Virus record (IMG/VR): IMGVR_UViG_3300026097_000010
Coordinates: 1-64,000 of that record
Source: a virus
Length of the DNA: 64,000 nucleotides
Strand: one strand, 5' to 3'
The translations under genes and the position numbers were made by a program. This document shows, piece after piece, positions 57,336 to 64,000 of the stretch (the stretch's first letter is position 1; the number at the start of each line of letters is the position of its first letter). The notes below the pieces were generated by a model, which worked only from the letters and a program-made list of their open reading frames with translations, did not search any database and was not told the DNA's origin.

Positions 57336-58328
57336 TTAACTAGATCCTATAAACTTAATTCTAACGGCTCCGTGGCCTCCCATTGCCGCGTGATCTCTCA
57401 TGCCTGAACACGGCGAAGGAGGAGTTCCTGGTATACCGTACGGTACATATGGAGTTCTACCATGAAAATCATAACAGCCGCAGGCGCTTGTTACAGCCCA
57501 ACATGAATAAAAATGTGTTCCTTGGTTTGGACGACGGCTTATAGCATTTACAGCGTACTGTAATTGTGGTAAGAATCCGCCTGACCAATCATGCATTCCG
57601 TTATCCTGATCTGCTGAGAAAGAAACAACAGCGCCATCTAACGAATAAATTCCTGGCGATGTGGCAATATGCTGAGTGTATGCACAAGGTCTAGTACCAC
57701 ATTGGCAATAAAACGAAGTACAACTAAATCCGCCTTTGCAATTAATGTCGCCGCCGTATGCATATGCAATCCAATCTTCGCTTTCGTCATAATTGCATAT
57801 CAAACCGCATTTGCTATTATCGAATACAGTATGACTGTATCCGCACTCAACAAAACAACAGTAAGGCGAACTAGTGCCGTTATCAGTGGTACATAAAGAA
57901 AAGCCGCCACGGCCTCCCATAGCACATATACATCCGGTTTCAGTTGCAGAATAACAGATTTCGGTTGGTTGGCTGCATCCTCTAAAACAGAGATCTGCTT
58001 CACCGTTACCTAGATCACAACAACTTAATCCTATTGATCCGCAAACAAACGATCCTTCGGATACAGTTAATGTTTTTTTAGAATAAGCACCAGGGTTACC
58101 TGGTATTCCAGCGCCGCAACAACACATTCTAGCACCTGATCCAGAAGCTCCCCAAGCTTCTACAACAACAGTACCAGCGCCCGGAGCTTGCCAACAAAAC
58201 GCATCGTCCGATGCTAGGTTTTGATTTCCTGGAGTGAAAACAAAAATTTTCCCTTTTTCAATTCCAGTTCCGCGTTCGGCGACTAATTGTTGCCCTTTTG
58301 TTTTTAAAATATTTGATAAATTTGCCAT
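57336..58328 (-). CDS. Cys/Gly-rich virion-type protein, paralogue 1
   Basis: VEAWGASGSG..CCC..PGNPGAYS; GGHGAVRIKF. Confidence 0.75.
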   Translation of the reverse strand: MANLSNILKTKGQQLVAERGTGIEKGKIFVFTPGNQNLASDDAFCWQAPGAGTVVVEAWGASGSGARMCCCGAGIPGNPGAYSKKTLTVSEGSFVCGSIGLSCCDLGNGEADLCFRGCSQPTEICYSATETGCICAMGGRGGFSLCTTDNGTSSPYCCFVECGYSHTVFDNSKCGLICNYDESEDWIAYAYGGDINCKGGFSCTSFYCQCGTRPCAYTQHIATSPGIYSLDGAVVSFSADQDNGMHDWSGGFLPQLQYAVNAISRRPNQGTHFYSCWAVTSACGCYDFHGRTPYVPYGIPGTPPSPCSGMRDHAAMGGHGAVRIKFIGSS

Positions 58329-58349
58329 TTAGCAGCTCCGGTTAACACA

Positions 58350-58682
58350 TTAAGTTCCTGTAAATATCCAGCCATATGTAGTGCCAGTATATAGTAATGT
58401 AACAACTGCACCGTTAACGTCTAACACAACATCCTCAGCGTCTCCGAGGATTAAAGAGCCGTTTCTTGCTAGTGTTACGTTATTGGTTCCAAACGTAGAT
58501 GTTGCATCAATAACTTGCAATGTGTCATTTTCGATAAGAGTTGCGTTTGCAGGGAGAGTAATTTGAAATGAGCCGCCTGATGAATCTGCTAAAATTCTAT
58601 CATTAACTGTTGCATTAAAATTAGCATCCACCTCACGCAATACTGTCGAAGCTGTACCTGTTGTAGTGATATATCTTCCCAT
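58350..58682 (-). CDS. Small virion/fibre-associated protein
   Basis: DSSGG.F.ITLP..D..F..NNVT..RNG..I.G..L.Y..YGW, a phage fibre-type module. Confidence 0.68.
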   Translation of the reverse strand: MGRYITTTGTASTVLREVDANFNATVNDRILADSSGGSFQITLPANATLIENDTLQVIDATSTFGTNNVTLARNGSLILGDAEDVVLDVNGAVVTLLYTGTTYGWIFTGT

Positions 58683-58696
58683 TTTTATTCCTTAGT

Positions 58697-59017
58697 TTAA
58701 CTTGTAGATGTTTCAATGCCGAAGGCAACGGCACTAACATTAGAATTACTTGCTCTAACGACTAGTTTTTGGCCGGCACCTACAATTATACCGGTCCTTT
58801 CTAAAACACCCTTGCCTAAAATTTCTGTATCGTATTCGATATATTCTGCATCGGTGGGTGTGTCGCTATCTGCTACAGCTAGTCTTACAGCAACAGCACT
58901 GTTGCCTCGATTGCAAAATGATACACTTGCAACACCAAATGTTGATGCCGGACAAGTGTAAATAGTTGTATTAGTAGCGGCTGTTAAGTCCCCTGTTCCT
59001 AATCTTCCTGTTGCCAT
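58697..59017 (-). CDS. Small virion protein
   Basis: 106-aa beta-rich ORF with GGAG SD; TATAAATA upstream at 59037-59044. Confidence 0.65.
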   Translation of the reverse strand: MATGRLGTGDLTAATNTTIYTCPASTFGVASVSFCNRGNSAVAVRLAVADSDTPTDAEYIEYDTEILGKGVLERTGIIVGAGQKLVVRASNSNVSAVAFGIETSTS

Positions 59018-59063
59018 GTAAATTATTCTCCTAATGTATTTATATCAAAAAACCAAAAAGCAA

Positions 59064-62000
59064 TTAATCTAAAAAGTAATTAACTGCTAACGGTATTCCA
59101 GTGACGCCGCCTCTAAATTCAAATGTGGCATTCATCTGTATAGCTACTCCAGTAACAGTTGTAATAGTATTTCCAGCAATATTAATAGATCCTGCTGTTA
59201 CACTGTTAACATTAAGTGATGCACCACCACCACCAATTTGCGATGCAATAAATGCCTTAACCGCTCGTTGAGTGGGGACTACGTTATCCGAATCTTCAGT
59301 AAAGAACGGATCTGTACTGAACTCTGTTACGGTTGCCGAACCACCACCTAGTGTTACTTCTCCTAGATTCAACTCCTGCAGACCTGCAATGTTGAATGCA
59401 TCTGCGTTCAATGTTGCAACACCTGTACTTTGTTCAATATTAAACAGATCACCAACTCGGAAATTACCATCCTGGTCAGTCGAAGTATAGAAGACCCTGC
59501 CGCCGTTGTTTTCAACTGTTTCGTTAGCAGGTATAGGATCCTGTGTAGGTTCTCCTGGATAGTTTGTTTCTACAAAATTACCTGTGCCGATATCTAAGAA
59601 GTCGTGTCCTGTAAGTCTAACCTGACTGTATAACGCTCTGGTAGTAACACCTGTTAAATGATCCGGTGCTTCTGCAACCGTAAGTGCAGGACTTACTTGT
59701 AAAAATGCTGTGTAAGTTCCATCAGTTTCACCTAAGAAGGTAATTACATTAACCAGTTTAAAGGTTCTGTTAGGCAAATGATCGAACACTACATTAGATC
59801 CGTCTGACGGTCTTTGTGTTAATCGTCTAATAGCCACAAACGATCCGCTTTGGAAGAAGTCGGCGAATCCGTCGCCAGTGTCAACTTCGGCTGAACCAGT
59901 TTGATATCCAGTTCCTCTATCAACAAATGATGGATTAGCCAATGCACCATTACTCAATCTTACACTAAACGGAGCTTCGAATATATTGTTCGGATCCGTA
60001 ATTGTCATTGTTGGTGGTGTGGTATACCCTGATCCTGGTTCTGTAATCAAAATCTGGAATATCTTGTTTTCAGCTACAGAAGCTCTTGCTCTAGGCTTAG
60101 CACCAGTTTTAACACGTACGGCATGAGTATTTGTTTCTTTGTTTAACGCTACCCAATAACCTACTTGAGAAGGATTTCCAAATGCAAGTGCAGAGAAACC
60201 AGTGGTTTGTGACGAATCTTCTTGATCGGTTACTCCTTCAAATGTCCAGTAGAGGCCGTTTTCTGACTTTGCAATGTTATGATAACCGCTCAACTCGGTA
60301 CTTGCCATTGTTGCAACAAACACTCCTTGGCCATAACGAACTTTTTCGTAACCTGCAGGATCAGTAGAATCGGGAGATCCCATAGTCATTGAAGTCCAGT
60401 CGGCTGTGCCAGACAAACTGTATGCTCCTGTATTGCTGTCAGTAGCAACAGCAATAAACATATTTAGACCATAAGTTATGCTATTCCAGTTAGACGAAGC
60501 TGGCATGTTAGCAGCTGTCCAAGTTCCTGTAGGATCAGTTGCATATGCAATTGCTCCTGTGTTTCCTGGTTTTACAGCTACCCACACTCCTTTTCCGTAA
60601 ACAACATCTACAAATCCAGTGCTAGGTAATGTTCCTGTTTGATCCCAATCAACCCCATCGCCTGATATAGCAACAGTTGTAGAATCAGTTGCTATCGCAA
60701 CAAACTTACTATCACCATATGCAACTGCATTCCAATCATCTGATGTTGGTAAAACTGAACCTAACCAGTTTATTCCGTCATCCGAATAAGCTGCTGTTGT
60801 ACTTCCGGTCGCAAGTGCGACAAATCTGCCTGATTTTCCGTAAGACGAACCATCATCTATCAATCCGTATCCAATTGCAGACCAAGTAGCTGTTGCCGGC
60901 AAGCTCATAGCAGACCAAGTTAATCCATCATTGCTATATGCGCCAGCATTTGATGATACAGAATTTACAGCAACAAATCTGCCGCCGGCGCCTGATCCTG
61001 CGGTATCAATATTTGTAATTGCACCGTTAGCATCAACCGCAGTAATTGTAATGGTAATGTCATTAGTACTATCTTCTCCTCCTAAATTTGAACCGTTAAT
61101 TGTTATGGTTTCAAGTCTAGAATAGTCTGTACCGCTGTTTTGAATCTCTATCAACGAATATTTGGTTCCGTTTCTGATCACTATGAATGATGCACCAGTG
61201 CCTTCACCGCTATACACATCCGGTGTTAGACTAACATAACTGGTCGCTGTATCACCGTACACAGCGTCTTTCCAAGATCCAGAAACAGGAAGGCTAGCAG
61301 TTTCTATTTCTGTTACCGGAGGAGTAAACGATAACGCAGGTTCTATAATATACGTAGTACTAGCATCAGGTGCTACTATAGTAGTTCCTGGAATAACGTG
61401 ATCCCACCCGGCTTGACCATCGCTTTCTCTTGTAACTGTAGCTACCTTGGTTCCGGAATTATAAGTGTTAATGATACCGACTTGTCCGACACCCGATCCG
61501 CCTGTTAATTGAATCCTCATACCTGGATAATCAGTACTGGTTTGTGGATCTGTGGCAGCAATTGTAATTTCGCTAAGAGTTCCTGCCTGCGCGGTATTAG
61601 AATTGGTAATATATCCGTCGCCGCCGAACTGTCCTGACGAGTCATCGCCAAAATCTAATAATCTAATATTATGAACAGCACCGTCGCGGAATTCATCTTG
61701 CTCAACAACCGCGCCAGCTCCGCCGCCCGTGATTGTATATGCCACTTCTGTGTAGTCTTGTCCTGCATTTTCAAATTCAAAATTAAATAATTCCGAACCA
61801 TCAGTGAAGATGTTTCCGATAGTTGCTTCAAATTGGAAAACATTATCAACAACAGCGGTATTAGGAACTTCTGTTTCGTCAAATCCTTCAGCAACTGATC
61901 CAAAATCTCCGTACGAGTTGTTACCATTAGTGCCTCGAATACGGCCACCATCTGTTGCAAGATAACCAATGTGTGCATAATAACTAAATACCGAAACAAG

Positions 62001-64000
62001 TTCTGCTCTACCGTTATTTGCTATCCAGGCACCGATGCCGTCGGAAATTACCTGTGTAAAATCATTGGATACTATTGAGTCGTTTCCACCGTTGTGCAAT
62101 GCACCGTCAATTTTTTGGCCAATTGCTCCACTTCCAAATGTTGATACTCCTTGAACGTATGGCGATCTAGTAATAATCCAGGTACGGAAGTCATCTGGAC
62201 CCCAACCTGGGTCTAGTGAACAATAAGCACCTGCACTAACGCGACTTGTACCATATTCATTTTCTGGGAGTAAGTCTCCTTGTAATCCATCTACAGAACA
62301 ATTACGTAATCCGGTTGCATCTCTAAGATAGAACATGTCTTCTTCATGGCTTCCTATAACAGCATTTGCATAATAGCGAGAAACATAACGAGATTCGTAA
62401 TTCGAAGTGTATCTTAAATCAAATTTTAGAGCATCAATATATGTATTAACATCTCTTAAACATAATTCTCTATTATAGGCCAACTCTAATCCCATAGATC
62501 CTGATGCAGTAGTTAAAGTTACTGGTGTATTCGAATTTCTGGCGGTAGCAATTGTAAAAGTAGTAGAACTAACAACATTTTGCACATAATATGTTGTATC
62601 TGCTTCGATGCCACCAAATGTTGTACCTGTAAATTTGATTGCGGCATTTCTAACTAAATTACTAGTATCGCCGATTGTAATAACATTTGTTGAAGCTGTA
62701 GTATTTGTTGCGGTATTACCGTATGTTTCTGTAATATAAGCTGACACTTCTGCAACGATAAAATCTCTGTTTTCTTCTAATTTTAGTATAGCATAATCTC
62801 TATTTCTAATATCAGTTTGACAAACTTCTCCTTCGTTCGAAGCACCGTAAATTATATTATCAATGATGCCTGCTAGATTATTAATTCTTGCAATAGCATC
62901 TGCATTGCCTCCTACATTAGCAACAGCGCCGTCATTGGTATTGGTTAATGCATATTCAATTGCTTCTCTTATAACCTGTTTTTGGTTAAGATTATAATCT
63001 GCTTTTCTTAGGTAAGCATAGGCTTCTTTATTAGTTTGATATGTTGAATTAAACATAAAATCAAAGCCAGCTGATTTTATTACCGATTCTACATCGTCTG
63101 CAAAGTCGCTACTATTGTATGTTAATGAAGGATAATTAGCATTTATCCAGCTAACGGTGTCAGAACTAATTGTTGAAGCTGCAGAGTTTAATGTACTATA
63201 TGCGTTAATTAAAGCTGTGGTACTATTCACTCCATCTGCAGGTGTAGGATCGGTTAAAGTAACCGACGTTCCGACAGCACTCGGGCCAGTATCAATTATT
63301 TCAATAATATCATCTAGATTATTTCCGACCAATGTAGCAGATGCTGCAGATCCTGCTGTATCTGTAAAATTAACAATTTCGTCGTTAAGAGGAGTGATAG
63401 AGTTTCCAAGAATTACATCGTTAACTCTTGTCTTTAAAAATCCAAGAGCGAGCAAGGTAAACGGTTTAATGCTTGCGCTAATGTTTAAACTGCCTCCGGT
63501 GCCTTCATAATAAGATAGACCGGTTTTCACAGATAACGCATTACCGTCATACGTTAAATCGTAAACCAATGCATCTATAATGTTGCTAATATTTTTCTTA
63601 AATTCTGTCTTGCCGTATTTCAAATTAGGGTAATTAGCTGTAAACCATGCAATAACTTCTTCTTGGAAAAATCTTTTATTTTCCTTAACTAGCTTTCTAG
63701 CATTACCGTATCCGATAAGATAACTGGCGTTATACCCAGTAGGATCTGGCAAATTATATGAGTTGGTAGTTTCAGTTTTAAGCTCAGACTGGAGCTTCAT
63801 TACCTGAATTAATTGCTCTACCACATCTTGTTCTACAGTATCGGCTACAGGAAATGATTGGTCTTGTGCTTCGTTATTTCCAGTTGTAGCTGATACCGTT
63901 GTTCCGGTAACAATTTTTCCGATAACATCTGTCAAATGATCAAATGTTTCTGTTGTATAGTAAGCATCTGAATAATCAATTGATGCAGGTTTTGGTTTAA
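59064..64000 (-). CDS. Giant fibre/baseplate protein (5' end beyond the window); pectin-lyase-like beta-helix plus BNR/propeller-like repeats
   Basis: Frame stays open upstream of 63935 (KPKPASIDYSDAYYTTETFDHL); RSPYVQ..G.KIDG..NDFTQ..AELVSVF; repeated AYS.DG..W and W..V.YG..FVA. Confidence 0.8.
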   Translation of the reverse strand, partial: KPKPASIDYSDAYYTTETFDHLTDVIGKIVTGTTVSATTGNNEAQDQSFPVADTVEQDVVEQLIQVMKLQSELKTETTNSYNLPDPTGYNASYLIGYGNARKLVKENKRFFQEEVIAWFTANYPNLKYGKTEFKKNISNIIDALVYDLTYDGNALSVKTGLSYYEGTGGSLNISASIKPFTLLALGFLKTRVNDVILGNSITPLNDEIVNFTDTAGSAASATLVGNNLDDIIEIIDTGPSAVGTSVTLTDPTPADGVNSTTALINAYSTLNSAASTISSDTVSWINANYPSLTYNSSDFADDVESVIKSAGFDFMFNSTYQTNKEAYAYLRKADYNLNQKQVIREAIEYALTNTNDGAVANVGGNADAIARINNLAGIIDNIIYGASNEGEVCQTDIRNRDYAILKLEENRDFIVAEVSAYITETYGNTATNTTASTNVITIGDTSNLVRNAAIKFTGTTFGGIEADTTYYVQNVVSSTTFTIATARNSNTPVTLTTASGSMGLELAYNRELCLRDVNTYIDALKFDLRYTSNYESRYVSRYYANAVIGSHEEDMFYLRDATGLRNCSVDGLQGDLLPENEYGTSRVSAGAYCSLDPGWGPDDFRTWIITRSPYVQGVSTFGSGAIGQKIDGALHNGGNDSIVSNDFTQVISDGIGAWIANNGRAELVSVFSYYAHIGYLATDGGRIRGTNGNNSYGDFGSVAEGFDETEVPNTAVVDNVFQFEATIGNIFTDGSELFNFEFENAGQDYTEVAYTITGGGAGAVVEQDEFRDGAVHNIRLLDFGDDSSGQFGGDGYITNSNTAQAGTLSEITIAATDPQTSTDYPGMRIQLTGGSGVGQVGIINTYNSGTKVATVTRESDGQAGWDHVIPGTTIVAPDASTTYIIEPALSFTPPVTEIETASLPVSGSWKDAVYGDTATSYVSLTPDVYSGEGTGASFIVIRNGTKYSLIEIQNSGTDYSRLETITINGSNLGGEDSTNDITITITAVDANGAITNIDTAGSGAGGRFVAVNSVSSNAGAYSNDGLTWSAMSLPATATWSAIGYGLIDDGSSYGKSGRFVALATGSTTAAYSDDGINWLGSVLPTSDDWNAVAYGDSKFVAIATDSTTVAISGDGVDWDQTGTLPSTGFVDVVYGKGVWVAVKPGNTGAIAYATDPTGTWTAANMPASSNWNSITYGLNMFIAVATDSNTGAYSLSGTADWTSMTMGSPDSTDPAGYEKVRYGQGVFVATMASTELSGYHNIAKSENGLYWTFEGVTDQEDSSQTTGFSALAFGNPSQVGYWVALNKETNTHAVRVKTGAKPRARASVAENKIFQILITEPGSGYTTPPTMTITDPNNIFEAPFSVRLSNGALANPSFVDRGTGYQTGSAEVDTGDGFADFFQSGSFVAIRRLTQRPSDGSNVVFDHLPNRTFKLVNVITFLGETDGTYTAFLQVSPALTVAEAPDHLTGVTTRALYSQVRLTGHDFLDIGTGNFVETNYPGEPTQDPIPANETVENNGGRVFYTSTDQDGNFRVGDLFNIEQSTGVATLNADAFNIAGLQELNLGEVTLGGGSATVTEFSTDPFFTEDSDNVVPTQRAVKAFIASQIGGGGASLNVNSVTAGSINIAGNTITTVTGVAIQMNATFEFRGGVTGIPLAVNYFLD

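Noticed and set aside
786-63510. Many short antisense and alternative-frame ORFs in the supplied track
   Set aside because: They are shadows of long motif-bearing genes, with no motifs or initiation signals of their own.
1-64000. Stop-codon reassignment or selenocysteine use
   Set aside because: Genes are full-length in the standard code, TAA, TAG and TGA all act as stops, and the Cys-rich genes have no in-frame TGA.
1-64000. tRNA genes or CRISPR arrays
   Set aside because: Intergenic gaps are at most about 140 bp and are explained by promoters or terminators; no cloverleaf or spaced repeats were seen by eye (tRNAscan was not run).

Overview
This window is part of a large T4-like (myovirus, probably jumbo-class) bacteriophage genome. 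It uses the standard genetic code and most genes are on the - strand. It has three kinds of content. (1) Replication and recombination genes: primase, a 187-aa minimal DnaE-type polymerase core, gp62-like clamp-loader subunit, UvsW, UvsX, UvsY, gp32 and dNMP kinase. (2) A ~23 kb glycan-tailoring region interleaved with them: APS kinase plus a candidate mini ATP sulfurylase, four sulfotransferases, an LpxA-like/GnnA-like/GnnB-like trio, an amidotransferase, methyltransferases, several glycosyltransferases and five KpsC/S-like paralogues. (3) A virion morphogenesis region: terminase subunits, candidate internal head proteins, gp4, tail tube and sheath, neck proteins, cupredoxin-motif proteins, a GT9-like/carbamoyltransferase pair, four tandem Cys-rich paralogues and a giant fibre/baseplate protein that runs off the window end. 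The clearest non-coding signal is that both sigma70-consensus promoters and a TAAATA/TAAGTA late-promoter motif repeatedly sit 4-8 nt upstream of ATGs with no Shine-Dalgarno, which implies widespread leaderless mRNAs. I found no tRNA, rRNA, CRISPR array or mobile element. All product calls come from motif recognition by eye; no database searches were run.
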